From contig SCQP01000016.1 in NCBI GenBank assembly GCA_004299485.1, forward strand, positions 314,996-378,995: a stretch of DNA of 64,000 nucleotides. The letters are read 5' to 3'. Each line of letters opens with the position of its first letter. Position 1 is the first letter of the stretch. This stretch comes from Acidobacteriota bacterium (lineage in GTDB: Bacteria > Acidobacteriota > Terriglobia > Terriglobales > SCQP01). Position numbers and translations under genes: made by a program. Of this stretch, positions 18,334 through 27,583 are shown piece after piece. The notes below the pieces were generated by a model, which saw only the letters and a program-made list of their open reading frames with translations, had not been told where the DNA came from and did not search any database.

Positions 18334-19137
18334 ATGCGTCTGCTGTTCATTGGAGATATCTATGGCCATGCCGGCCGGCGCGTAGTGCGGGATTATCTGG
18401 CCGATCTGGCGGCGCAACACCGGGCGGACGTGGTCATCGCCAACGGCGAGAACGCCGCCGGCGGGTTCGGGATTACGCCGCCGCTGGCACAGGAACTGCT
18501 GGGCTGCGGTATTGCAGTGCTGACCGGCGGCAACCACATCTGGGACAAGCGCGACATCGGACCGTGGTGGGAGAGCGCCAAGGATCAGCCCGAGCACGCC
18601 GCCCACCGGCTGCTGCGGCCGGCGAATTTTGGCGATGCCCTGCCAGGGCGCGGCCTGTTTCAGGGACAAACCGCCGGTGGCGAGCCCTTCGCGGTACTGA
18701 ATTTGCAAGGGCGCGTCTTCATGACCCCGCTGGCCTGCCCGTTCCGCACCGCCGACGCACTGCTGGCGCAATTGCCGCCGGAGTGCCGCACCATCCTGGT
18801 GGATTTTCATGCCGAGGCGAGCAGCGAGAAACAGGCGCTGGGCTGGTATCTGGATGGCCGCGTAACCGCGGTGCTGGGCACGCACACGCATGTGCCGACG
18901 GCCGATGAGCGCATTTTGCCGCAGGGAACTGCCTTCCAGACCGATGTGGGCATGACCGGCGCCTACGAGGGCGTGATTGGATCGACCTTCGCCAGCGTGT
19001 TGCCCCGCCTGCTGCACGGCTACCCCGGCAAACTGGAGCAGGCCATAGAAGATGTCCGGCTGTGCGGCACTCTCATCGAAAGCCTGGAGGGCCGCGCCAC
19101 CGCCATCGAGCGCGTCCAGTTGCGAATTGAGGAATAG
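18334..19137 (+). CDS. ymdB: YmdB-family metallophosphoesterase (2',3'-cyclic-nucleotide 2'-phosphodiesterase, TIGR00282 type)
   Basis: 'MRLLFIGDIYGHAGRR', 'VIANGENAAGGFGIT', 'LTGGNHIWDK', 'VDFHAEASSEK', 'GTHTHVPTADERIL'. Confidence 0.85.
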   Translation: MRLLFIGDIYGHAGRRVVRDYLADLAAQHRADVVIANGENAAGGFGITPPLAQELLGCGIAVLTGGNHIWDKRDIGPWWESAKDQPEHAAHRLLRPANFGDALPGRGLFQGQTAGGEPFAVLNLQGRVFMTPLACPFRTADALLAQLPPECRTILVDFHAEASSEKQALGWYLDGRVTAVLGTHTHVPTADERILPQGTAFQTDVGMTGAYEGVIGSTFASVLPRLLHGYPGKLEQAIEDVRLCGTLIESLEGRATAIERVQLRIEE

Positions 19138-19139
19138 AC

Positions 19140-19168
19140 GCGCGCCTATGCGCGCATTTAAAAAATTT
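19140..19168. terminator. GC hairpin flanked by A/T runs (possible bidirectional terminator)
   Basis: GCGCGC-CTAT-GCGCGC is followed by ATTTAAAAAATTT. This AT-rich patch marks the junction with the Fic remnant. Confidence 0.4.
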
Positions 19169-19172
19169 AATT

Positions 19173-19704
19173 GTGAACCCCCGAACGGGATGCTGGATCG
19201 AGTTGTCCGCTGAGATTCGGCCATATCGGGCCTTTGTGCCTGCGCCGCTTCCACCCGATCCACCGGTCAATGTTGGCCCACTTTTGCCGCTGCTAAGCCG
19301 TGCTGATCGAGCAATTGCTGCAACGCGTTCGTACGGAAGGCGATTGGGAGTCATGGCTCGAGTTCTTCCTTGCCGGAATCAGTGAGACGGCCGAGCAGGC
19401 CGCGGCGACCGCGGCTGCGATTCTGCAATTGCTCGAGGAAGATCGGGCAAAGCTTTCCGGCCTGGGGCGAACGCGGCTGTCTGCTCTACACGTACACTCG
19501 GCACTGCAAAAGGCACCGATCTTCTCGATTCCGGAAATTGAGCAGCGGACGGGTCTGGTCTACCCTACGGTGGCCCGCGCGGTTGCAAACATGACCCGGC
19601 TGGGGATGGTGCAGCGATTTGGAGACTCGAACATGCCCATGCTGTTTGCCTACCAGCAGTACCTCGATTTGCTGCAGGAGGGTACCGAGCCGCTGCCGCG
19701 CTGA
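19173..19704 (+). pseudogene. Fic/DOC-family gene remnant with the catalytic core deleted
   Basis: The N-terminal frame 'YRAFVPAPLPPDPPV...LLPLLSRADRAIA' (Fic_N-like) switches frame at about 19295..19305. It continues as the C-terminal 'VRTEGDWESWLEFFLAGISETAEQA...' plus a wHTH-like tail. No HPFxxGNGR motif is present anywhere. Confidence 0.65.
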
Positions 19705-19714
19705 GGGGGTCGGC

Positions 19715-22276
19715 TCAGTTGAGGTCGCGCCAGTTGGGACCGATGCCGACTTCAACCCGAAGGGGTACCGCGAGCGCGGCGACGCCTTCCATGGCGGCGC
19801 GGACCGCGCTTGCGAGAGCCTCGGCCTGGCGCTCGGGAACTTCCAGCACCAGCTCGTCGTGCACCTGCAGGAGCAAGCGCGCGTCATGCGCGGCCAGTTG
19901 CGGCTGCAGGCGGATCATGGCCAGCTTGATCAGATCCGCGGCGGTGCCTTGCAGGGGCGTGTTGATGGCGGTGCGCTCGGCAAAGCCGCGCAGCCCGGGA
20001 TTGCGCGAGTCGAGATTGGGAATCGGCCGCACGCGTCCGAACAACGTGCGCACGCGGCCTTCCTGACGCGCCTGCGCCAGCGAGCGCTCGATGTAGGTTT
20101 TCACGCCCCCGTAGCGCTCGAAATAGCGCCGGATGAAGCCGGCGGCCTCTTTTTGCGGAATCCCCAACTGGCGCGACAGGCCGAAGGCGGAAAGACCGTA
20201 GACGATGCCGAAGTTGACCGCCTTGGCGCGGCGGCGGTGCTCGTCGGTCACGAGTAGCGGCGGCACGCCGAATACCTCGGCGGCCGTAAGGCGATGGATG
20301 TCGGTATCGCCGCGAAACGCCTGCAGCAGGAGCGGATCCTGACTGAAGTGCGCCAGCAGGCGCAGCTCAATCTGGGAGTAGTCGGCCGAAAGCAGAACAT
20401 GACCAGGATCGGCCACGAAGGCGGCGCGGATTTGGCGGCCGATTTCACTGCGGATGGGGATGTTCTGCAGGTTGGGATTGATGGAGGCCAGGCGGCCCGT
20501 GGCGGAACCGGCAATCACAAAGGTGGTATGCAGGCGGCCGGTTTCGGGCCGGATGAGCGGCGGCAGAGCATCCACATACGTCGACTTCAGCTTGCTGAGC
20601 TGGCGATATTCGAGAATCGGGGGAATGACGGCGTGCTCGGCGAGCGTCTCGAGTACATCCACCGCGGTCGAAGGGGTCTTGGTTTTGCCGCGCTTGGCTG
20701 GCGCCGGCAACGCGAGCTTGCCGAACAGGACGTCGGCGAGCTGCTGGGGCGAATTGAGATTGAAGCGGCAGCCGGCGAGCTCGAACACCTGCTCCTGACA
20801 GGCGAGGGCGCGCTTCTCCAAGTCGAGCGAAAGCTGGCGCAGCGGCTCGGGGTCGAGCCGCACGCCGGCGGCTTCCATGGCCTCCAGTACGGGCACCAGC
20901 GGCAAATCGATGTCCCGATAGACCGGCCATTGGCCGGAGGTGCGCACGTGCGCCAGCAGCTCGGTGGAGGCGCGACCGGCGGTGAGCGCGGCCTGGCCGG
21001 CATCGGCAACCTCGGGCGGAAGCGCGAGACGGCGGGCGACGGCCTCCAGCGCGTAGCCGGACTGGGTGGGATCGTCGAGATAGGCGAGCAGGCCGACATC
21101 GGACACGCGGTCGGGATCCAGAGCCGGCCGGGACAGTTGCATCGCAGCCAGGCCCGCACGGATTTCGCGCGCATCAGCCCAGGCCCAGTGGCGCTGCGGG
21201 CTGTGCAAGGCATCCGCCAGCGCGGTGCGGCATTCGGCCACGATGGCGGCGGTCGCAAAACCGGATCGCGTGTCGCTCGTCGAACCCAGACCCAGGCTGC
21301 CATCGAGACCAACGGCCAAGCCGAGAGGCTCCGCGGACTTCAGCAGCGCTTCCAGATCGACAGCCGCATAAGCCTCGGAGACCGGCGGCGGCGCGAGGGG
21401 AACCGCGGGGAGAGCCTGCAACAGGTGATGAAATTCGAGTTCGGTGAAGAGCGCGCGGCAGCGGTCTTCATCGGGGGACTGCAGGCGCCAGGCATCGGGC
21501 TCATAGGCGACAGGGGCCTGCGTAGCGATGGTGGCCAGCTCCTGGCTCAGCAAAATCTGTTCGCGGTTGTTCTGGAGCGATTCGCGGTAGGTTTTGCGTT
21601 CGACCTCGGCGGCATGAGCGAGGGCGGCATCGAGGGAGCCGAAGCGGGCGATGATCTGTTGCGCGCCTTTTTCGCCGATGCCGGGTGCGCCGGGGATGTT
21701 GTCGACGGCGTCGCCGCGCAAGGCAAGGTAATCGGCGACCTGTTCGGGACGGACGCCGAACTTGGCGATGACCTGTTCGGCGTCGTACAAGGTGTTGCTG
21801 CTGGGATTGTAGACCTGCACGTGCGGGCCCACGAGCTGCAGCAGATCTTTGTCGCTGGAAACGACCACGACCTCATCGCCGGCGGCGGCGGCCTGGTGGG
21901 CGAGCGTGCCGATCACGTCATCGGCCTCAAAGCCCGCCAGCTCGAGGATGGGCACGCGATAAGCTTCCAGGGCGCGGCGGATATAGGGAATTTGGGGCGC
22001 TAGCGTCTCCGGGGCGGCGGCACGGTTGGCTTTGTAGGCGGCAAAGCGTTCATCCCGAAAGGTCGGCCCCGCGAGATCAAAAACGGCGGCCAGCGCCTGT
22101 GGCTGCTGCTCCTGGATCAACTTTCGCAGCATGTTCACAAAGCCGAGCACCGCCTGGGTGGGCACGCCGCGGGAATTGCTGAGCGGCGGCAAGGCGTGAA
22201 ACGCCCGGAACACGTAGCCCATCGTGTCAATCAGGTAAAGCTGCCGGGGAGGAAATGTAGCTGAGGGCAAGACCAA
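19715..22276 (-). CDS. polA: DNA polymerase I
   Basis: It has a 5' nuclease N-terminus ('LYLIDTMGYVFRAFHA', 'VVVSSDKDLLQLV') and a polymerase domain ('DYSQIELRLLAH', 'RRRAKAVNFGIVYG', 'QVHDELVLE'). The only start upstream of the conserved N-terminus is the TTG at 22276. Confidence 0.95.
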   Translation of the reverse strand: MVLPSATFPPRQLYLIDTMGYVFRAFHALPPLSNSRGVPTQAVLGFVNMLRKLIQEQQPQALAAVFDLAGPTFRDERFAAYKANRAAAPETLAPQIPYIRRALEAYRVPILELAGFEADDVIGTLAHQAAAAGDEVVVVSSDKDLLQLVGPHVQVYNPSSNTLYDAEQVIAKFGVRPEQVADYLALRGDAVDNIPGAPGIGEKGAQQIIARFGSLDAALAHAAEVERKTYRESLQNNREQILLSQELATIATQAPVAYEPDAWRLQSPDEDRCRALFTELEFHHLLQALPAVPLAPPPVSEAYAAVDLEALLKSAEPLGLAVGLDGSLGLGSTSDTRSGFATAAIVAECRTALADALHSPQRHWAWADAREIRAGLAAMQLSRPALDPDRVSDVGLLAYLDDPTQSGYALEAVARRLALPPEVADAGQAALTAGRASTELLAHVRTSGQWPVYRDIDLPLVPVLEAMEAAGVRLDPEPLRQLSLDLEKRALACQEQVFELAGCRFNLNSPQQLADVLFGKLALPAPAKRGKTKTPSTAVDVLETLAEHAVIPPILEYRQLSKLKSTYVDALPPLIRPETGRLHTTFVIAGSATGRLASINPNLQNIPIRSEIGRQIRAAFVADPGHVLLSADYSQIELRLLAHFSQDPLLLQAFRGDTDIHRLTAAEVFGVPPLLVTDEHRRRAKAVNFGIVYGLSAFGLSRQLGIPQKEAAGFIRRYFERYGGVKTYIERSLAQARQEGRVRTLFGRVRPIPNLDSRNPGLRGFAERTAINTPLQGTAADLIKLAMIRLQPQLAAHDARLLLQVHDELVLEVPERQAEALASAVRAAMEGVAALAVPLRVEVGIGPNWRDLN

Positions 22277-22345
22277 ATTCTAATGCAGTCGCGCCAGGGC
22301 GAACAGCGCGCCGGGGCGATCGGGCATCTTCTATACTACAGTCGC

Positions 22346-23731
22346 ATGAAGCTTTCCGTCGTCGGCGCAGGATACGTTGGTCTGACATCCGGCGCCTGTC
22401 TGGCGGCCCTTGGTCATGACGTGCTCTGCGTCGATGCCGACCGGGCCAAAATTGAGCTGCTGCAAACCGGGGGCGTGCCCATTTATGAACAACGCCTGCC
22501 GGAGGTGATTGCCGCAGCACGCGCGGCGGGCAAGCTCCGCTTCAGCAGCGATATTGCCGAGGCGATTCAGTTTGCGCAGGTCATCTTCATCTGCGTGGGA
22601 ACGCCGCCGGATGCGGACGGAAAGGCGAACTTGGCGGCCGTGGATGCGGTGACGCGCGCCATTGCGGCCCATGCCCGCGGCTACCGGCTGGTGATCAGCA
22701 AGAGCACGGTGCCGGTGCGTACCGGGGAGCAGATTCAGCGGGTGCTGTCGACCTGTGCCCAAGGGCTCGACTTTGATGTGGCTTCGAACCCGGAATTTCT
22801 GCGCGAGGGCACTGGCGTCTACGATTTTTTCCATCCCGACCGGATTGTGGTGGGCTGCAACGAGGAGCGTGCCGGCGAGCGCCTGCGGCAAATCTATGCG
22901 CCGGTGCTGGAGGGCACCTGCCATTGCGGCTGGCATGACCAGCCCAGCCGCAGTTGCGGCAGGACAGCGCCGGTGTGGGTGGCCACCAGCGTCAACAGTG
23001 CAGAACTCATCAAACACGCCTCCAACTCGTTCCTCTCGATGAAGATTTCCTACGCCAATGCCATCGCTGACATTTGCGAACTGGCGGGCGCGGATGCCGC
23101 CGAAGTGCTGCGGGGCATCGGGCTGGACCACCGCATCGGCGAGGAATTTCTGCGGCCGGGCATCGGGTTTGGCGGATTTTGTTTCCCCAAGGACCTGAAC
23201 GCGTTCGTGGAGATGTCAGCCGAACTGGGCTACGACTTCGGGCTGCTGCGGGAAGTGCAGGCCATCAACGCGCGCCGGGTGGAGCAGTTCATGAAGAAAG
23301 TGCGTCAGGAACTGTGGGTGTTGCAGGGCAAGACGCTGGGCGTGCTGGGACTGGCCTTCAAATCCGAAACCGACGACACGCGCCTGTCTCCCGCCTATGC
23401 TGTGGTGCGGGAGCTGCTGCGATTGGGCGCGCACTTGCGTGCGTTTGACCCGCAGGCAATGGGCCGCGCCCGCACCGAGCTCCAAGGCGACATTCACTAC
23501 TGCGATCGCGCTGAAGACGTGGCCGAAGGGGCAGAAGCGGTGCTGATCCTGACCGAATGGCCGGCATTCCGCACGGCCGATTGGGCGGCCATGGGCGCGC
23601 GCATGCGCCAGCGCCTGGTGTTCGACGCGCGTAATCTATTCGCGCCTGGCGAACTCGAAGCGCATGGGTTCCGGCATTGCGGCATCGGACGTGGCGTGGC
23701 CGCAGTGGAAACCCTCGCGCACTCGGAATAG
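22346..23731 (+). CDS. ugd: UDP-glucose 6-dehydrogenase
   Basis: 'MKLSVVGAGYVGLTSGACLAALGHDV', 'GFGGFCFPKD', 'LGLAFKSETDDTR'. The ATG at 22346 is chosen over the track's upstream extension. Confidence 0.9.
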   Translation: MKLSVVGAGYVGLTSGACLAALGHDVLCVDADRAKIELLQTGGVPIYEQRLPEVIAAARAAGKLRFSSDIAEAIQFAQVIFICVGTPPDADGKANLAAVDAVTRAIAAHARGYRLVISKSTVPVRTGEQIQRVLSTCAQGLDFDVASNPEFLREGTGVYDFFHPDRIVVGCNEERAGERLRQIYAPVLEGTCHCGWHDQPSRSCGRTAPVWVATSVNSAELIKHASNSFLSMKISYANAIADICELAGADAAEVLRGIGLDHRIGEEFLRPGIGFGGFCFPKDLNAFVEMSAELGYDFGLLREVQAINARRVEQFMKKVRQELWVLQGKTLGVLGLAFKSETDDTRLSPAYAVVRELLRLGAHLRAFDPQAMGRARTELQGDIHYCDRAEDVAEGAEAVLILTEWPAFRTADWAAMGARMRQRLVFDARNLFAPGELEAHGFRHCGIGRGVAAVETLAHSE

Positions 23732-23751
23732 ACTGGATCTTCCAAGCCGTC

Positions 23752-24021
23752 ATGCCGCGCACGCTTCGTTTTTCCCTGATCGCGCTGGTGGTGATCGTGC
23801 TGTTCTACCTCACCTGGTCGAGCACGCACACCGCCAAGTTCAGCGCCACTGTCTGCGTCACGTACCAGGGCCAGAGCGCCTGCCGCACCGCGCAAGGGCG
23901 CACGCTGCCGGAAGCCATCCGGGCCGCGCACGACAACGCCTGTGCGCAGGTCACCTCCGGCGTGACCGGAACGCTGGGCTGCCAGAACACGCCGGCGACC
24001 CGCGTGACGGAAAATCGATAA
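23752..24021 (+). CDS. Small membrane-anchored hypothetical protein (4 Cys)
   Basis: 'MPRTLRFSLIALVVIVLFYLTW' is an N-terminal anchor. There are no recognisable motifs. Confidence 0.5.
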   Translation: MPRTLRFSLIALVVIVLFYLTWSSTHTAKFSATVCVTYQGQSACRTAQGRTLPEAIRAAHDNACAQVTSGVTGTLGCQNTPATRVTENR

Positions 24022-24062
24022 GCTTGCTTCTGGCCAGCAGCTTGGATTAGGCTGAGCGCGAT

Positions 24063-26285
24063 ATGCCTCGTCTGCTCCCTCTTGCTCTCCTTGGCCTCTC
24101 CGTTGCCCTGTCGGCGCAAGCGCCGGGCGCGGCCGCTCCCGGCGGCTTCACGCTGCGGCAGGTGATGGATTCGCCCTTCCCCAGCTCGCTAGTGGCCTCC
24201 ACGCAGGGCGAGCATATCGCCTGGACGGAAGACCTGCGCGGCGTGCGCAATGTGTTCGTGGCAGATGGCCCCAGCTTCCGGCCCATCCAGCTCACCCATT
24301 ACACCCTCGACGACGGCCAGCAGATCGCGGCGCTGCAAATCACGCCCGATGGCAAGACTGTGGTCTACGCGCGCGGCAGCGAATGGAATCGGCTCGACCA
24401 CACCGCCGATCCAAACAGCAGCGTGGTACAGCCGCAGCAACAGGTGTGGTCGGTGACGCGTGGCCAGGAGCCGGTCTTGCTGGGCGAGATGGGCTGCCCC
24501 AATGAGGATTGCGAGGACATCACCCTGTCACCGGATGGGCAATGGGTGATCTGGGCGGCACGCAACCTGCTCTGGATTGCACCCACATCAGGCAAGCAGC
24601 AGGCGCACATGCTGGTGTGGATTCAGGGCGATAACCTGCAGCCGCAATGGTCGCCGGACGGCAAACGCATCGCCTGGGTGACCCGGCGGCCCGGACATTC
24701 CCTCATTGCCGTCTACACCCTCGGCGGCTCTTACATTCACTACCTTGCCCCATCGGTCGACAACGACTCCTATCCGCGCTGGTCGCCGGACGGTTCCGAG
24801 ATCGTCTTCATCCGCGAGCGGCACTTTGACAAGATTCTGCCGCCGCCGGACGGCCCCGAGCCCGCCGATCTCGAACCGGGGCCAATTCCGGCGGTCAGCA
24901 TTCCCAAGTGGGAGCTGTGGGTGGCCGACGCCACAACCTTCACCGCGCATCGCTTCTGGGAGAGCGGCACGCAGCCGGATGACACGCTGTACCGCACCAC
25001 CATGGGCGATGCTTTGCAGGTTGGCGCCAATCACGAGGTGTTGTTTAGCTCGGAAGCCGACGGCTGGAACCACCTCTACTCGGTTTCGGACGTAACTACC
25101 GATGGCAAGCTCAACACCGCCAAGCTGCTGACGCCGGGGCAATTCGAGATCAAGGCGGTGACGCTGCTGCCCGACAAGACGACGGTGGTGTACAACTCGA
25201 ACCAGAACGATATTGATCGCCGCCACTTGTGGCGGGTGCCGCTCGATGGCAGCAGCGCGCCAGTGGCCGTCACGCAAGGAGCGACGATCGAATGGAGTCC
25301 GGTAGAAACCGGCGATGGCAAGCAACTCGTCTGCCTGGGATCGAGCGGTACTTCGCCGGCCATGCCCTATGTGATTGGCGCCGGGGGCGAGCGCACCATG
25401 ATCGGCGCGTTGCCGGCGGATTTTCCCGGGAACCAACTGGTCACGCCCACGCAGGTGATATTCCCCTCCACCGACGGCCTTCACATTCACGGCCAGCTCT
25501 TCCGGCCGCGCAGCGCCGCGGCGGACAAGCCGCTACCCACGCTGATTTTCGTCCATGGCGGCTCGCGCCGGCAGATGATGCTGGGCTTCCACCCGATGGA
25601 TTACTATCACTACGCCTACGCGGAGAATGAATACCTGACCAGCCTCGGTTTCAACGTGCTTTCGGTGAACTACCGCACCGGCATCATGTACGGGCGGGCG
25701 TTCCGCATGGCGCCCCACACGGGCCCGCGCGGCGGCAAAGAATACGACGATATCGTGGCCGCGAATCAGTATTTGCGCACGTTGCCGTTTGTCGATCCGC
25801 ACCGCATCGGCATCTGGGGCGGCTCCTACGGCGGCTACCTGACCGGCATGGCGCTGTCGCACAACTCCGATCTGTTTGCCGCGGGCGTGGATTTCCACGG
25901 CGTCGAGGATTGGAGCACCATCTATTCGCGCGGCGGGCCGCCCCCAGCGCCCTGGCAGTACGACCATCCTGGACAGAGCGACCAAGTGCCACCGGGTCAG
26001 CGCGGCAATCTCGGGTTCGATTCCTCCCCTGATGCCTATGTCGCCAACTGGCGCTCGCCAGTGCTGCTGATTCAGGGCGACGACGACCGCAACGTGGATT
26101 TTGGGCAGATGATCGGCCTCGTCGGCCGCCTGCGCGCCGCCAAAGTGCCCTTCGAACAAATGGTGCTGCCCGATGAGATTCACGGCTTCCTGCGCTGGAT
26201 CAGTTGGATCCACACCTACGCCGCGACCGCGAACTTCTTCCAGCGGGTACTGCAGGAAGGCCAGACCATCGCGACCAACAATTAG
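24063..26285 (+). CDS. S9-family serine peptidase (prolyl oligopeptidase/DPP-like) with an N-terminal TolB-like beta-propeller
   Basis: It has a signal peptide and propeller repeats 'SPDG..I.W'. The catalytic residues are 'IGIWGGSYGGYL' (GxSxG), 'QGDDDRNV' and 'DEIHGF'. Confidence 0.85.
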   Translation: MPRLLPLALLGLSVALSAQAPGAAAPGGFTLRQVMDSPFPSSLVASTQGEHIAWTEDLRGVRNVFVADGPSFRPIQLTHYTLDDGQQIAALQITPDGKTVVYARGSEWNRLDHTADPNSSVVQPQQQVWSVTRGQEPVLLGEMGCPNEDCEDITLSPDGQWVIWAARNLLWIAPTSGKQQAHMLVWIQGDNLQPQWSPDGKRIAWVTRRPGHSLIAVYTLGGSYIHYLAPSVDNDSYPRWSPDGSEIVFIRERHFDKILPPPDGPEPADLEPGPIPAVSIPKWELWVADATTFTAHRFWESGTQPDDTLYRTTMGDALQVGANHEVLFSSEADGWNHLYSVSDVTTDGKLNTAKLLTPGQFEIKAVTLLPDKTTVVYNSNQNDIDRRHLWRVPLDGSSAPVAVTQGATIEWSPVETGDGKQLVCLGSSGTSPAMPYVIGAGGERTMIGALPADFPGNQLVTPTQVIFPSTDGLHIHGQLFRPRSAAADKPLPTLIFVHGGSRRQMMLGFHPMDYYHYAYAENEYLTSLGFNVLSVNYRTGIMYGRAFRMAPHTGPRGGKEYDDIVAANQYLRTLPFVDPHRIGIWGGSYGGYLTGMALSHNSDLFAAGVDFHGVEDWSTIYSRGGPPPAPWQYDHPGQSDQVPPGQRGNLGFDSSPDAYVANWRSPVLLIQGDDDRNVDFGQMIGLVGRLRAAKVPFEQMVLPDEIHGFLRWISWIHTYAATANFFQRVLQEGQTIATNN

Positions 26286-26482
26286 CTCGCCTGCGGCAGG
26301 CGGCCGAGAGAGTTGTCAGTAATCAGTTTTCAGTGTTCAGTCGGGCGAGACGCCGGTGCGGGCACGGCGGGAATGAAATCGTTCTCGTGGCATCGGATGG
26401 CGCGGGCCCCAGCGCGGCTCTGCCGCGCGCCCCGCTTTGCTCGCGCCCGGTTGGGGGCCCCGAGCCCCAACCCGCCGCTGTG

Positions 26483-26821
26483 CTAGCTCGCCTGCGGCAG
26501 GCGGTCGATCTGGGCAGCAAGAATGAAATCATTCTCGCTTAGGCCGTTGACCGAATGCGTCCAGGTTGTGACGGCGGCTTTGCCCCAGCCGAGACTGATG
26601 TCGGGGTGATGCTGTTCGCGCTCGGCGATGGCGCCGATGGCATTCACAAATTGCAGCGCACTGGCGAAATCGGGGAAGGCGAATTTGCGCCGCAGTTCGT
26701 GTTCGGAGATGACTTCCCACTTGGGCGTCTCTGCAGCCAGCCGGCGCAGGGCATCGCCACGCAGCGGCGCGGTGCCGGCAGGAACCGGCGCACAGTGTTT
26801 TTCGGCGAGAGCGGATGGCAT
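26483..26821 (-). CDS. phhB: 4a-hydroxytetrahydrobiopterin (pterin-4-alpha-carbinolamine) dehydratase
   Basis: 'FAFPDF..AL.FVNAIGAIAEREQHHPDISLGWGKAAVTTWTHSVNGLSENDFILAAQID'. Confidence 0.85.
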   Translation of the reverse strand: MPSALAEKHCAPVPAGTAPLRGDALRRLAAETPKWEVISEHELRRKFAFPDFASALQFVNAIGAIAEREQHHPDISLGWGKAAVTTWTHSVNGLSENDFILAAQIDRLPQAS

Positions 26822-27055
26822 TTTCCCTCCTGAAATCACGGTACCACCAAGTTGTCGCCCCCCGGTGTGAGAGGCTTCCACTCCGCTTTCATCCCAACCT
26901 TCCGCAGCGGCGCGGCATCCCTTACCTCAGAGGCAAAAAGAAAAGCCTGCAGAAAGCCCGAATCCGCGCTGGCGAGCAAGCAGCGTCTGGCAGCGGAATG
27001 TAGCCACTTCTTCGTCGGGCTGATGCGCAATTGTTTGAACTTCAGGAGGAATACA

Positions 27056-27514
27056 ATGGCGAAGAAGATGAAAAACTCGGTTTTGGCGCTGGCCGTGATG
27101 GCGCTGGCGGCCATGGTCGGTCTGGCCATGACCCCGCTGGCGTCGGCACAACAGACACAGGAACCGCAACAGCAACAGGCACAACAGAGTCAGCAACCCG
27201 TAACCGCAACCGGCTGCCTGCAAAAGGCCAGCAACGGCCAGGGTTATGAGCTGACGGATTCTTCCACAGCGAAAACCTACGCACTCACCGCTGCCAGCAG
27301 CGAAGTGGATCTAAGTTCTCACGTGGGCAAGACGGTGACGGTAACCGGCACGCCGAGTTCGGCGCCGGCGGCAGCCGCTACCAATCCCGCCCAGAACCAG
27401 CAAGAACAACAGGAACAACAGCAACCCGAGCAACAGGCCCAGCAGGCGGAGCAGCTCCAGGTCACCAACATTCAAGTGGTGAGCAATAGCTGCAGCGGCG
27501 GCGGGCTTCTGTAA
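27056..27514 (+). CDS. Secreted Gln-rich hypothetical protein
   Basis: AGGAGGA lies 5 nt upstream of the ATG. The signal peptide is 'MAKKMKNSVLALAVMALAAMVGLAMTPLASA', and poly-Q/E stretches flank a small core. Confidence 0.6.
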   Translation: MAKKMKNSVLALAVMALAAMVGLAMTPLASAQQTQEPQQQQAQQSQQPVTATGCLQKASNGQGYELTDSSTAKTYALTAASSEVDLSSHVGKTVTVTGTPSSAPAAAATNPAQNQQEQQEQQQPEQQAQQAEQLQVTNIQVVSNSCSGGGLL

Positions 27515-27538
27515 GTCCTCGCAATGACCACCTCAACC

Positions 27539-27571
27539 GCGGAGCGGCTCCGGCCGCTCCGCTTTTTGTTT
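27539..27571 (+). terminator. Intrinsic terminator of 27056..27514
   Basis: GCGGAGCGGC-TCCG-GCCGCTCCGC is followed by TTTTTGTTT. Confidence 0.75.
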
Positions 27572-27583
27572 CAGGCCAGCGCG

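Noticed and set aside
20294-22003. 569-aa ORF antisense to polA
   Set aside because: It is a shadow ORF of a high-GC gene. polA is unambiguous.
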